In this document: one piece after another, positions 47,191-60,729 of the stretch | Position numbering within the stretch: the stretch's first letter is position 1 | Layout of the letters: every line of letters begins with the position of its first letter | Assembly: GCA_904063045.1 (NCBI GenBank) | Contig: CAJFCJ010000015.1 | Location: 995,923 to 1,059,922, forward strand | Length of the DNA: 64,000 nucleotides | Direction: 5' to 3' | Source of the DNA: Dimorphilus gyrociliatus | Taxonomy: Eukaryota; Animalia; Annelida | Program-made: the position numbers and the translations under genes | The notes under the pieces: generated by a model | The model's input: only the letters and a program-made list of their open reading frames with translations | Database searches by the model: none | Told to the model about the DNA's origin: nothing

Positions 47191-48321
47191 TCAAACGTTA
47201 CTAGTAACCGTTTTACTTGTGTCGACGCTGATATTAGATATTTTGCGTAATGTTGGAAAAATAAGATCTGGCCACGAGTTCACTTCTCCTGTAGCTTTCG
47301 AAGTTAGAGAGGATCGTCGAGATCTATCCATGACTGCAGCGGGTACCGGTGGGGGTACTGTCAGAGGAGGTTTTTTCACCCTGATGAGATTTGCTACAAG
47401 CGGATTTCGTATGGCATAAGTAAAAGGATGAACTACACTCGCTGTCCAATTTATTAAAATAAGAGTCGAATCGGCCTTGGGCCCTATACGAACATTCATC
47501 ATTTGGCAAATAGAGGCTATAATAATCGGTGACCTGAGCAACAGCGTCGTTGTTATCATAATTAGAACAGTTCCTGCAGTTCGAACTTCACCTTCAAATT
47601 TTAGATTTTGTGCTTGAACGGAAGCAGGAGTTATCTTTGAGACTGACGGTCTTCCTGCCAATTTGAACAATTTTCTAAGACTATAGAGCATAACAGCAAA
47701 TGGAAGAGCAAAAGTGATGATGATAAAGACGCCTCTTAAAAGTTTTACTCTTTCCAAATTTTGGTTGCCTAAAAGGAGGTAGGAGCAGTGTATGAATGGC
47801 TGATGATGTTTAATTTTTGCCGAATTGATGGCGGAAGGCATCGAGAAAGTTAATGAAATTATACAGCAGAGGAAGATGAGCCCAAAGCAGAACTTTTTAC
47901 TAACCTTTCTTTGTCTATTTAATAGGGATAACCTGTCGATTCCAATAAGCGTTACCATAAATACACTCATACTATCACTGAAAACAGTTGAAACTGCGTT
48001 GAACTGACATGCTACATCAGGCAAACGGTTCATACTTAAAGCTGCTAAAGCAATCGGCATTGAAATCGAGCAATTCAGCAGATCACATCCGGCCAAGGCT
48101 AATATAAAGGCATTGGTAACACTTCTAAAGCGTAAGTGTTTAAATATAGCAAAAATAACTGCAGAATTTCCTCCAACTCCCAAAAGAATTAAAAGGCCAA
48201 TATATACACCTTGAGAGATCTTTGACGCCGTAGAAAAAGTTGACGTCGTAGACGTCGTGTTGTTTGACATGTCGGCGTCATCTCTGGCGAAGAATTTTTC
48301 ACATACGCACTTTGACGTCAT
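47191..48321 (-). CDS. Orphan class A GPCR with non-canonical motifs, single exon
   Basis: 376 aa with 7 TM segments; GN in TM1, LAGCD in TM2, DRL, HPFTY in TM7. Confidence 0.85.
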   Translation of the reverse strand: MTSKCVCEKFFARDDADMSNNTTSTTSTFSTASKISQGVYIGLLILLGVGGNSAVIFAIFKHLRFRSVTNAFILALAGCDLLNCSISMPIALAALSMNRLPDVACQFNAVSTVFSDSMSVFMVTLIGIDRLSLLNRQRKVSKKFCFGLIFLCCIISLTFSMPSAINSAKIKHHQPFIHCSYLLLGNQNLERVKLLRGVFIIITFALPFAVMLYSLRKLFKLAGRPSVSKITPASVQAQNLKFEGEVRTAGTVLIMITTTLLLRSPIIIASICQMMNVRIGPKADSTLILINWTASVVHPFTYAIRNPLVANLIRVKKPPLTVPPPVPAAVMDRSRRSSLTSKATGEVNSWPDLIFPTLRKISNISVDTSKTVTSNV

Positions 48322-48421
48322 AGAAACGCGATTCTATTGACTCTGCTTGCTATTTCTATGACAACCGATGTATTATCTTTACATATATATTTCTACAAGA
48401 TGAATATGTATGTAGAGCATT

Positions 48422-48423
<2 letters not shown>

Positions 48424-48453
<30 letters not shown>
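48424..48453. repeat. (TA)n microsatellite
   Basis: Uninterrupted TA run upstream of the GPCR. Confidence 0.9.
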
Positions 48454-48454
<1 letters not shown>

Positions 48455-50094
48455 GGCATATATTTATATATTTATTTATATAATAGTATATACTTTAATA
48501 TTATTTATGTTCGTAAATAAGTCAAAGATTAAAAGCCTATTTATTTGTATTTATTAATATCACAAAATATATTTTTTTTTCTAAAAAAAAACTTTTTACG
48601 AAATCTACTTATTCTGAAAAACTAAATATCAGTAGATTATAAAAGATATTTTAAAAATCAGATAATAATTAACAAACGAATCTTTTTTATAACTAATTGC
48701 CTTTCACGCATCTTATGATCTAGCTCTACTTTTTAAGTCAGTTTATAATACAATGCATTATAATATCCCTTCAAACAAAAGAGCTTTATAACATTAGTGA
48801 CACACAGGTAGATGCAGTACATATCTAATAAATATATTAATGTACCCATAAATTAAAGCTATATACATAAAACGCACGTATGCATATAGATATACATGTA
48901 TAAATTATATTGTGTGTCTGTCCATATTGCATACTATATATTTTGTTAATTTTTATGGAAGAAGAGATAAGATTTACTGTAGAGAAACTGTTATTTCCAA
49001 GCGCACAATATTGTCCTTAATGGAAATATAATAAAACTGGCATTTTCTATTCAATCTATTCAAAAAATAAAAGTATATCCTTTTCTTTAAATACTCTAAT
49101 TCATATTTCCTTTTATCTTATTGTCTGTATATGTTTATCTATCTATCTATGTCTTTTTTTTAATTCAATCTTATATATTAGTATATATATATATTAGTAT
49201 ATATATTTATATATTTATATACACCGCATATGAATAAAACTTTGTTTCTTTCACAATAGCCCTGAAGACATAGATAATGTATATTGTAAAGAAAAAATTA
49301 TGAATATAAGACAAATAGTATATAGACCATTTTTTTTTTCTTCTTTCTCCGTCTCCTTCTCCTTATTCTTTCGATATCTCTTAATAAAATAACAGCTGCC
49401 TACTCGAAACTGTCGTTAATGATCTGATTTATAGTATAATAATAAACTTTGTTAATCAATTGTCGTTTTAAGAAAAACCCTTATTGATTATCCAAATTTG
49501 CATTAAAAAAAAAATACAATTCTTTTATAGCTTTTATAGAATATAATAATATATATACTTTATACACTAAAATGGATTTATATAGTATATACAAACTATA
49601 TATAGCTATAGCGAATATACTTTGTATAGTGGAATAGCAACTTAACGACCCAAGCTTTTAATTTTTTTACATTTGTGTCAAGAAAAAAAAGATAGTGATG
49701 ATTAATCTCTCTCTCTCTCTCTCTCTCATATTATATATATATACCATAAGTTGCTTTCATACGTAAAATATCTCAAGGCAATATAAGCCTTATAAAAATG
49801 AAATTGTATATTACCCTTTATCTCTTTTAATTATTCAAATAATGGATAAAGTAACTAATTTTAATATTATTTACATAGACAAAAAGAGGAAAGAGTAAAA
49901 GAGAAAAAGAAAAACTTTTACCTTCTTTTTTATCGTTTACAACTAGTTTGCTAATTATAGCAAATTGTTATAAAAACTTTTCTAGAGCAAGATTAAATAA
50001 CGTTTCGCTTTAATTTTTACTTTTTATTATTCATTTCGTAATCTATTAATTATTTATATTCGTATCTTAAAAAGTCGGTTATGAAATATAGAAT

Positions 50095-50112
50095 ACTATA
50101 GGTGGCACTAGT
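50095..50112 (+). promoter_or_regulatory. CTCF-like 18-mer upstream of LHFPL6 (identical copy at 52998-53015)
   Basis: actataggtggcactagt; a further motif, cgtcagatggcgctt, lies at 50269-50283. Confidence 0.5.
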
Positions 50113-50358
50113 TGACTGTAGTTTCTACTCTTTAACAAAGTATTTCAAGTTGACTTTTTTTCCACTTCATATAACTTATATATGATACAATATAGTTTAA
50201 AGGGTGAGAGAGAGGGGAAGGGGGACAGAGAGGAGGGGCCAATGCTTGAAATTAGTTTTTGTAAAATTCGTCAGATGGCGCTTTCGTGCACTTTTTATCT
50301 GTTGTGATCTTTAAGCGAAACATTTCGTGTTGGGCGCGACTGCGGTTGGATACAAGTA

Positions 50359-52213
50359 ATGACTGCAAGTGCTTTATACAATAATAATAATTACGTAAAG
50401 AGAACAATGGCCAAGAGTTTAACCTACGTAGGAATTATATGGGTGATTTTGTCTGTTGCCTGTGCAATTTGCTGTTCATTAGGATTCTATATGCCTTACT
50501 GGCTAAATGGAAAGTTTATCAATGAAACAGAATCCAATCTAGGTTTATTCAGGCGATGCAACTATTTAAAATTAACAAGCGGACGGCTAGAAGTGACAAT
50601 CGATTGTGGAATGTATGCATCTTTCTCGGATATACCTAGCAATTGGTGGAAGATTAGTGTCGTCTGTGTCGGCTCAGCAACTTTTATTACGGCCACTATA
50701 GCCTTTATGGGTATGTTCGCCTTCTGTATCCGAGATGCCCTTTCGAATAAAGCGGCCAAATTATCGGGTTTATTCCAAGCATTTTCAGGTTTGTATCGTT
50801 TATTGTTTCTATTCTCATCCTTTTTCTCTCCTTAATTAAATTTTCTATCATTTCCGTTCGTTTCTTACCGTTGAAATCTCTTTTCCTTCTTGTTGTTTGT
50901 GTTTATTTCGACGGATTTATCATAGACAGCGGTATTATTTCGTCGTTTATCATTGTCACGTTCGCGTAGCGCATAATCTATCGTCCGACAACAACATTTC
51001 CCATCGGTCAACTAAACTGCTAGTTCGACTTATTCCTCACTTCATTTACTATATCCTCCACTCTCTCGCCTCCTTTTAATCTAAAAATCTTAATGCTAGA
51101 AAAAAGAATCCATTAATATTCATATCCATAAATTCTAATAATCATAAACCTGCAGAAAACTAGGGAGGAGGCTGGGAGGGGGGCTGAAAAAATCTATTTA
51201 TATACAAAGTTTTCGAAACAAATCTTGCATGGAACAATAATTCTAGCTTTCTCCCATTCGAAACTAGATCTACTTTGGCATGCTGCCTATTTATTTAGTG
51301 TTTGTCTATACATCCGTCTTACAGTTGGGATGTGTTTGCAAACTATACCCTAGCGGATTTACAAGTAGGCCTTATTAGTATTGTACAAATGTATCTCTCT
51401 AATTTATATACCAGAGATAAATACTCTATAAACAACCAATCCTATCTGTCTATCTATATATCTTTCCATTTATACGGTTGCGTGAGTTTTCCAGAGTCCT
51501 ATAAAAGAGCTTAAAAGGACAAGCCTAACAATAGTCTATTTCGTGTAGGATTGATCAAAGTTTCCTAGAAGCAGCTTGAATCTCACGCAAGATCTCATCG
51601 TATTATACCATATCAAATCCCTCACAGTAATCGTCAGCATGATTAAAACCCAATAAAAGAAATATTATATTGTCTTCAACTTTTTTTCTCTCCCTCTCTT
51701 ACTCCCCTTGTCTGTCTAGCACTCTCTGTCTCTCTCCGCCTCTCTTTTTCTCATTTCATTTAGTGTGTACGCTTCGTTTGCTGGCTTCACAGGGAAAAAA
51801 CAAGAAGAAAAGAAAATTCTTCTAACTTTCTTCCCTTAGCTGAATCAGCCTTTAGGAAAATTGAGTATAGAAGGGCAGAAGGAAAGGGTACAGGTGCTAA
51901 AAGTTCGTCATTGCGTGGATTAATCTTTCTTTTCTTCTGTCTTTCTACCCCCAACCTAGTTTACTATACGTTGCTCACCGATTAGGTTTTATTTACGTTT
52001 CGAGATCGCACCTTTTTCCTTTGCATAAAATAGGCCTAAAAGAGTTGTAGTAAAAAAAAATAAATTACGTGTTGGAGAGAGTATTGTGTATTTAGTCAGG
52101 TAGCTTTGTTAAATTCATTGGGTATTAGATATAATATATCACTATAAGAGTACTATAGAATCTATCCCTTTATAAATAATATATTGTATATTCTGCATAT
52201 TTATATATATACA

Positions 52214-52259
<46 letters not shown>

Positions 52260-52664
52260 TGTGTATGGTTTATACGTATATAATAAGAGGGTAGACAGGA
52301 AGCGACGGAAATTTCCTTCTTTACGAACACTAGTGAGTTTTATTATAAAAAGAAGAGAATTTCGAATGTAGCCAATAAGGAAAGGCATTTGAATTGATTA
52401 CCCCTCCGGCCCTCGACTCATGCAGAGTTTTAGAAAACTACACTGAATCGCGTTAATTACTTAATGTTTTACATATTTGCCTACACATTTCTATAATTCT
52501 TTCCTACTGTTTTGCAGGCGTATTAATGGCGACCACATGCGCTGTATTTTATCCACTGGGATGGAGTAGTTCTGAAGTGAAGCAAGTGTGCGGAGATGAG
52601 GCGCGTAATTATAAATTAGGTTAATATACTTTTTCTTTCTTAATGATTCCTTTACCATATGCAG

Positions 52665-52717
<53 letters not shown>

Positions 52718-52958
52718 AATATCTATATATATCTATATATATACAAATACAAATTAGTCTCTTATTCAATATATTTTCGTGTTATTTATAGGACACTGCG
52801 AATTAGGATGGACTTATTTCTTAGCATCCAGTGCTGCAATTCTAGCTTTTATGTGCCCCTTATTATCATGTCATAGCGCCAAATCAACCGGAAATTCCAT
52901 GAAGTATTCAGCAGTGAAAGCGTCTTGTTCCCAAACTACTGAAATACAACATTTATAA
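50359..52958 (+). CDS. LHFPL6: LHFPL tetraspan subfamily member 6-like (exons 50359-50788, 52518-52619, 52792-52958)
   Basis: MAKSLTYVGIIWVILS...GFYMPYWL, LGLFRRC, CGMYASFSDIPSNWWK, YPLGWSSSEVKQVCG and YKLGHCELGWTY match LHFP; phase-1 junctions traced. Confidence 0.9.
52215..52258. repeat. (TA)n microsatellite, LHFPL6 intron 1
   Basis: About 22 TA units. Confidence 0.9.
52669..52714. repeat. (TA)n microsatellite, LHFPL6 intron 2
   Basis: About 23 TA units. Confidence 0.9.
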
Positions 52959-52997
52959 TAATGAAGAAAATAAAATGAAGAAATAGTCAAAGTTTAA

Positions 52998-53015
52998 ACT
53001 ATAGGTGGCACTAGT
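52998..53015 (+). promoter_or_regulatory. CTCF-like 18-mer downstream of LHFPL6
   Basis: actataggtggcactagt, identical to 50095-50112. Confidence 0.5.
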
Positions 53016-54009
53016 CATTCAATCCAAACGGGAATGTGCACATTGTAATAAACATAAAACGGTACTATTCTTTTCCTTTTTCATCTTTTATTGTCTTATT
53101 TTTAAAATGTATTTCTCTCATTATATAGAATTTCTTTTACGATTCGAATTTTGATATTTTGAATTATATATACAGTATATATATATTTGTTTCCTTAGTT
53201 CTTTTGTTTGTTTAGTTGTTTGTCTGTTAATATTTATTACGATTTTGTTTATTTTGATACATTATATACTTTAATAAGTAGAATATTACGTAAGAATGAA
53301 AGAAAATTGAACATTCGTAATTTATCTATTACATAGTGTGTTCATATATTAATATGTTCAATTGATTTATGGTGCTAATTGCATTAAAAATATAAATATG
53401 TTTTAATTGTCTAGAAAGGCAAGTTTTGACCTGATTTTTACTCCTACCTATCAAATGACCATTTTGTACATATTCCGTTTATTATATATTGTACACTCCA
53501 CTTCATGTAATTGTATATATTCAATAAAAAGCAATATGTGGTTAACTATAATTGAAATTTCATTCGTCCATTTACCCATTTGCTTAAATACATATGTAAA
53601 ATATATTTACTTAACATAGTATGAATAGGTTAAGTATTCTTCCTAACCCATACATTACTTATATATATAAACATCTCATTTAACCTTTTTTCGCAATTAG
53701 CTTCGAGGACTGTAAATATTCTGTATATTCCTATTTGTTTACGGAGTAGAAGAGATGAAAGATTGCAATAACTAAGGTTTCCTAGCATTTATTAATAATA
53801 ACAGACAATATGATGAAATATTCACTTTTCAATCTCCATCGAAAAATATATTCCTAGAATACAACAAAGAGGTAACTTTTAGCCTTTTTCCCCTAATATC
53901 ATTAAACCATTATCATAGTTTCGTATGTGTGTATACTGTATATACAGGCATTGTCCACTGAATGCTATACATATATACACATATAGCAGACGTATATATC
54001 ATTATTTAC

Positions 54010-55420
54010 TCAAACTTGTGCTTCTTTACTTGATTTCTTCCGACCACTTTGTTTAGACGCAGAAGAGGACATTTGCAACTGCCACTGGTTCAATTGCCGT
54101 CGTCTGCAGAATATTTTTAATAATTCCTTTCTGAAATTTTTTTAAAAGTAGATATTAGTGTAAAGAAGCAATCTCTACTGTAGTCTTTCTATAGTTACCT
54201 GAATGCTGATCCTCCCAGACAGTAGAGGAAAAAATTGATACTATGGTTAAACACTGCGAATAAATTAGTTATCCTTATAGCAACTAGCCATTTGAAACTT
54301 TCTTCTCTTGTTTTATGACTTGTACCATTATTAAAACTTTTTAAGATCCTATCACTATGATAGGTGATAAGATTCGGTAATCGTATCAGAACAAAAGTTA
54401 TTGCCACTAAAAGTAGCATAAAGGTAAGTTGGGATTGTTTAGATTTATGATGATTTGTTGAGTTTGTTAAACTTTTCTTTTGACCTTCTAATCTGCCCAT
54501 TCTTTCTTTTTTAGCTTTCCTTAAATGAATTAAAATTATAATCGTACAAATGCTCACAATTAAGCTGGGAACAATCATCTCAAAAATTCCAAGAACAATT
54601 AAACTCCATAATTCGTACATTCTCTTGTCGCTTACCATACATAATGTTAAACTTGTCTCATTATTACTAAATTTAATAATATCAATACTAAGAGCTCCTC
54701 CAATGCAGATAGTAGTTGTTATAATTGGTCCTATAAGAAGCATGAATTTAGCTACAGTTGGTGTGGATATTGATCCAACGTGTAGAGGAACAACAACAGT
54801 TAATAGGCGTTCAACAGTTATGCCGACAGTTAACCAGGTAGATGTAAATTTTGACGAGTATCGTAAAAAATATATAAGCTTACAAGCTATTCTTGATCTA
54901 TGAGAAAAGTCCACATTTAATAAGAATCCTTGAGAATCCGTATAATTATTCAAATTAGCTAACAGTTCGGCCAAGAGAAAAAGTATATCAGCAGCGGCTA
55001 AAGCCATTAAGTAATGTCCAGTACTAGATTTTCTTAAAGAAGATAGACAAAATACAACTAAAGCAGTGATGTTACAAACAACCCCAATAGGAATGATTAA
55101 AAATAAAAGGGCACCGAGGTGGATCCAAGTGATAGTTAACGGTGAAGTTTCATTTAGGCTATCGCCTAGAGTTTCTATTGGCAAAACATTGAAAAGGTCG
55201 GGTTAAAAAACCTTCTACTTAAAAGAGAAATCGAGACAGTAAAAAAGAAAGAAAAAAAGATAAAGAGAGAGAGAGAGAAAGAAAGAAAGAAAGAAAGAAG
55301 TAGTCAACTTAGATATCTCTCTAAAAAAAAAGTCTTAAAAAGTTATATAAAAACAGCAACTGTTATTTAGACATTTAGTTGAAAATAAGTCAAACTTTGA
55401 TGCTTACCGTTCCCCGGCAT
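54010..55420 (-). CDS. Peptide-type class A GPCR (FMRFamide/sex-peptide-receptor-like group), 3 exons (55408-55420, 54199-55174, 54010-54103)
   Basis: Spliced N-terminus MPGNETLGDSLNETS; LMALAAADI, ERL in TM3, HSINFFLYCLGGSAFR; last exon ends KEAQV-TGA. Confidence 0.85.
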
Positions 55421-56353
55421 GACGAGGCGCGAAGGAGTGAGTGAGGCAGACGAGAAAGAGAGCGCCAAAGTCAGAAAGTCATTAATTATAGGCGATGCGA
55501 AAACGGTCGGATATTGAGTGACAATTTGTTTGCAACGTCTCGACGTTTAATACATTTCCTTAGCTAATGGGACAGACTATGTCAACATTGTCTCATTTAT
55601 GAAATGTTACATATAATGAATATACACTGAATATCAGCATGTCTTACGTATAAGTATACATTTTAAAAGTATACATAAATATACCCGCTTCCAACTTCTA
55701 TATTAGATATAATCTTCCAAATAGGCCAACATATATATATATATATATATAAAACTATTACATGAATTACTAGCTATTTCACAGCTTTTTATTACACCGT
55801 GGTAAGAAGTTCGTAAAGCTTTGTTTCAAGACCTTCTACCAGGCTCTTATCTGACAATAATGAGTTCCTAGTCAAACAAGTATGCATATGGTGCAATTAC
55901 CAGCCTATCTGTAAAAATGGTTTATTCCCAGAAAAAATTTATAAATGCAAAAGAAATAGAGCCTATTATTGTTATTATTATTATTATATATTATTATTAA
56001 TATTAATTACGGTAAACTAGTAATGAGATAACAGCAATTTTTTATTATTAAGAGATCGCGAGGATCAATGGCAAAAATGTGAACATTTTAGCACAAAAAA
56101 AGGAAAGAAATTGCATAACATTTCAAAACAAAAAAAAACTGTCATATAAATCAAATTCTTTCTTTTTAAAACATTTTGACAAAATCCAATGTATAATTAT
56201 ACATTCTAAAATTTTTGGCCATATTACACTGATATCTATAACCTATGAAGCCAAAAATAAAACAATATTTTACTCTATAAAAACACGGGAATTGATGTAT
56301 ATTTAAACTAATTTAAATTGTGTTATTTGAATTTACGCTCCTATAAAATCGGT

Positions 56354-59300
56354 TTAGTCGTCGTCTTCGTCGTCATCGTCGTCTTTGTCAACTAGAATCT
56401 TCGTCTCTTTCTTCGAAGATCTGTAATTTGTTTAGAAAAGGAAAATAAGATGAAATAGTTATATGACCATAGTCTAAATCAATTTCCACGTCTAGTATAA
56501 AAAATAAATTTAAGTGGAAAAATCTGTTGTAGTAGGATTAAATGATTAGCTTTCTAACTAAGTTCTAACCCATCTCTTTCCATAGTTTGCCTAAGTAATT
56601 CAATTTTCCTGGTAATTAGTTAGAATAAATAAAAAAAGGAATTTCTTTTACTAAACAACAAAAAAAATAATAGTAACAGTGCTAATAACGATAACACGAT
56701 AATAGAAGATATCATATAAGGAATAGAAAAAAGAAATGCACATAGACAGACATACACATTCCCCTCTCATTCGTCTATTTAATACTAGTCTAGTAATATC
56801 AAACGGAAGTAAAAGGTTAATTAAAATGCACAACCCTCAAACTATCTAACATACAAAAGTAATTACGCGGTTAGATTAGTTTCTATGGTTGAAAAAGTAT
56901 AATTTTACGTATAATGCACGATGACTTTTCTAAGAAATGATCTAAGTGTGAAACGAATGAATTTAGGAAATGGAATAGGGTAGGGGGTAAGGATAGAAGA
57001 GTTGAAAAATTGATAGAGGATAGGACCCGGGCAAAATGTGATTACGGTACTAGAAAGTATTTTTTTTTCTATTAACATTAAGGCCGATTGTGGTAAATTT
57101 TTCTGAGATTTTCTTCTATCGAAAAGTAACTATAAACAGAAAATTTTTCAACGTGCTATTGCGTGCGTTCTAAAGGTCATTCCGTTTAAAAGAAGAGAGC
57201 AAGACATTCATCCCTACCGCTGATAATCTCTCAGTTTCCACTGTAAAGCTTGAATGCCAATTCTGGCAGTGCGAATCAATATTGTAGCAAATATTTAAGG
57301 ATATGCATATATAAATATATATATATATATGACACACTTATAACAATATGTAAATAAAAACTATACTGATTGCTTACCTATTTGTAATAAGTCTACGAGT
57401 ATCTCCCCTATGGCGATTTGTAACACCGTCTTCTTCGTCCATCATACTCTCCAATTGAGCTTGATCGTCTGCATCTATAGGTGCTATACTTATATCTCTT
57501 ACAGCTCTAAATTGACCACAATTATTCAAGTGCTCGTTTTCTAAACGAAAAAAATTCCAAATAAAACGCCTAAAAACTTCTAGAGACGCCATTATTGATG
57601 CTACTATTTCTTTATGAACAAAATTCTGTCCTATTAGAATAACGGCGAGTACCCATTTAAATCGTAACAATCCATCCTCAATTATGGCAAAATAGTAGTA
57701 ATACTGTGTAACGTTTAACAATTCGTAGTTAAAATATGGAATAAGTTTACCTTAAAGGGTATACTACCTTTGAAGCATAGACAACTTCCTCTCTTAAGTA
57801 CTTATTTTCGCCTGCATTAGAATCCAGCAAACCCCAATCCATCTTAATATCCCAAGTTAAAGTATAGCATGTACTAATGACTTTGGCGATAATAAACAAG
57901 TAGAAAAATGCATTGTACTCCTTCGCATGATTGGCTATTTTATGTAATATAGTAAATTATATCAATATTATTACTTATGCATCACTTACTCTTATAGGCT
58001 TTATTTAAGGTGTCGAATAGAACAACAAAAAATGTTGTCGAATACTTTCCAGCATTAATTATGTGAGGAAAAATCAACCTTGTATCCCTGTAACGTCTTA
58101 GGCATTGAGCAAAACGAAACCAAGCTGGTAAACAGGCTACTATAGGTCTAACTCCGTAAGATATTGTACCACAAACTGAGTTATCTAAAAAGAGTTGAAA
58201 TAACGATAAAGAAAATAAGAAATTTGAGAAAAGTGTTTAAAGCGCTCTACTAGGCGGTTTTAAATTAAGAAAATATTTCCTACCGTCTACTATTTCTTTT
58301 CCTAGCCAATCAACTTGAGCGGTATAGAAGCAAATCATATACTCAAAATCCAATAATACACCATTCAAACTATTTAATTGATCTGCAAGCCAGAAATCAG
58401 CAAAGCCAACATGATGAAATGGCGCTGTTACTATTCTAAACTGTTAAATTCGATAATCATTTTTAGAATAAATACAGAATAATAATAAGCAAATATAAAT
58501 AACAAACCAAAACTTTAAGTAACCAGAATCTGGCTTTGTAGTAAAATACCCGAAATGGATTGAGTATTAACAATAAACATACTGTTACCAGGGCAAGAGG
58601 AGCAACAAACATAGGCAATAAAATATAATGGCTGAATAGAAAGCATAAAACGCTTATCGACCATATAACGGAAAAGAAGCAGGATACCTTAAAAATTAAA
58701 AAAATAAGAGCGATATTATCTTACTTTTGAACAAATTTTTGTAATGAAAAAAAACAAACACAAACTTCTAGTAGTTGCTGATGGTTTAGATGGTGCCTTG
58801 GATCCAGTTCAAAAATTAGTACATGATTTACTCCTGAAGAACGCCATCCATAAGTATTTAAACCCAATAAAAAGCAACACAATATTATAAGAAACGTCCC
58901 TCTATAGATATGTAAAGCTGGAACCCAAGAATGGGCAAGAGATTTTGAGTCCACGAAATTAGCTGTCATAATTAATACATAAATATCAATAAATATGTCA
59001 CCAACAAAGTAGATAAATTTAAAACTAATATAAATATATGCAGTCTATATATGTATATATATATATATATATATATTTGCCTTATTACTATTCATAACTT
59101 ACAAAAGTCACAATTAAATGTTGATTGACTGTTATTTCTCTTTTCCATAACAGTAATTGATACTAAAATTTATTTTTTTTTTATTATTTTATCATACGTT
59201 TAACGTAAATATTGTTTTTAATCTCTTAATATACTACTTTTTTTACCGTTGTTTATCGTGCAATAAGCTTTTGTCATGTTATAAAAATTTATATAATTCC

Positions 59301-60729
59301 AATTTATCCTTGCCAATAGAAAACCTATATTAATACTTTATCTTTAGAATACGTTGCTTGATAGTATAAGGAAATAAGAAAGAATGTCCCTTATTAAAAA
59401 AAATAAATTATACTTTACCAGCAATAACAACTGTTATAACCATTACTATAAATGAACCAGCGAAGAGGCCTACTCGAAAAGTTGTCCATGGATTTTGCTC
59501 TTGACCCAATGGTGGAACTCTGAGACGTTTCATGGCCTTCTGACGATTTCCACCTTCCAATTGAGTTGTAAAAACAGACTAATAACAAAATAAATGTTAA
59601 TTGATGCATTATTAGATAATTTTAGTATTTAATCTCTACTTTACCTCTGTTTCCTTTATCAACTGATCCACTTGTTTTGTTGTGTAAAATGGTGCAGTTT
59701 CTACATTTGCAATTCTCCATTTTGCTCCCGATGAAGTTTGCAATTCCTAATATTAAATTAACGTTATTTATAGAAAAACTATTCATTTTTCTGTTAATCA
59801 CTATAACGTACTTTATCAAACTTTTTCAATATTTTACGAAAACCCGTAAAGTTTAATGTTTGATAATTCTGCAGTAGAATTAATGACAAGTAAAATTCAG
59901 AAAAAGCCAATTTTAAATCATGAATTTTCCTGGCACTAGGCGGTTGTTTAACGAGAGGACGTAACGTTGAGTTTCTTCTCTTTCTAATTGTAGGAGATTC
60001 AATTTGTTCATTCGTTCGAATTGTCAATTCTGATTTCAAGGTTGCAAATTTTCTTGAAGCTTCAGCTAACTTTTCTAAAGACGTATAAATAAATGTTAGA
60101 CCTATACTCTTTAAGCTATTCATTATTTTTCTTTTAGTCTATAACGTTTACCGGAGAAGAACGTATTAATCTTTAACAATTCTTTATCGGAATATTGAAA
60201 GAAGTTTTCTTCAACTTTGGCAAAATATCGGGATATCAGCTCCTGGTCCGTTGCTAATAGGAAAAATATAGAAAGAGAAAACAAAATCACGAGTGTTTTT
60301 TGAGTGTGTTTAACGAGATAAACCTTCTGCAGATGGAGCTTCTTCAACCGCATTATAGATCATTTCCTTCATGGTCTGTAAGATATCACAGAGAAAATAA
60401 AATCAAAGACAATATAGGATCTGTTATCTATAAAGATAAAAAAAACTAATCGAAGATTACAATACAGATTCATAAACGAGATAATATAAGAACATCTGCA
60501 TTCAATTAAAGGAATTTCTTATATAATTCCATATTTTTTTGTAGATTTTTAAAATCTTCGATATATGGATATTTCAACAGTTGAAAAATTTAAGAATCAA
60601 TCCTTTCTATATCCCTAAAAAGGGTCATTAAACCCCGTATAACAAACAAATTATCCATACCTCATATTGAATATACTGTTTACGCCATTCAGGCGTAATA
60701 TGAGCAGATAAATGTTCAGCAAATTTCAT
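56354..60729 (-). CDS. XPR1: Xenotropic and polytropic retrovirus receptor 1 / SPX-EXS phosphate exporter, multi-exon
   Basis: [23 protein letters not shown]; SPX motif [15 protein letters not shown]; [18 protein letters not shown]; EXS motif [30 protein letters not shown]; acidic C-terminal exon ending at 56354. Confidence 0.96.

Noticed and set aside
52142-52876. ORFs with YIYIYI repeats
   Set aside because: Translations of (TA)n microsatellites in LHFPL6 introns.
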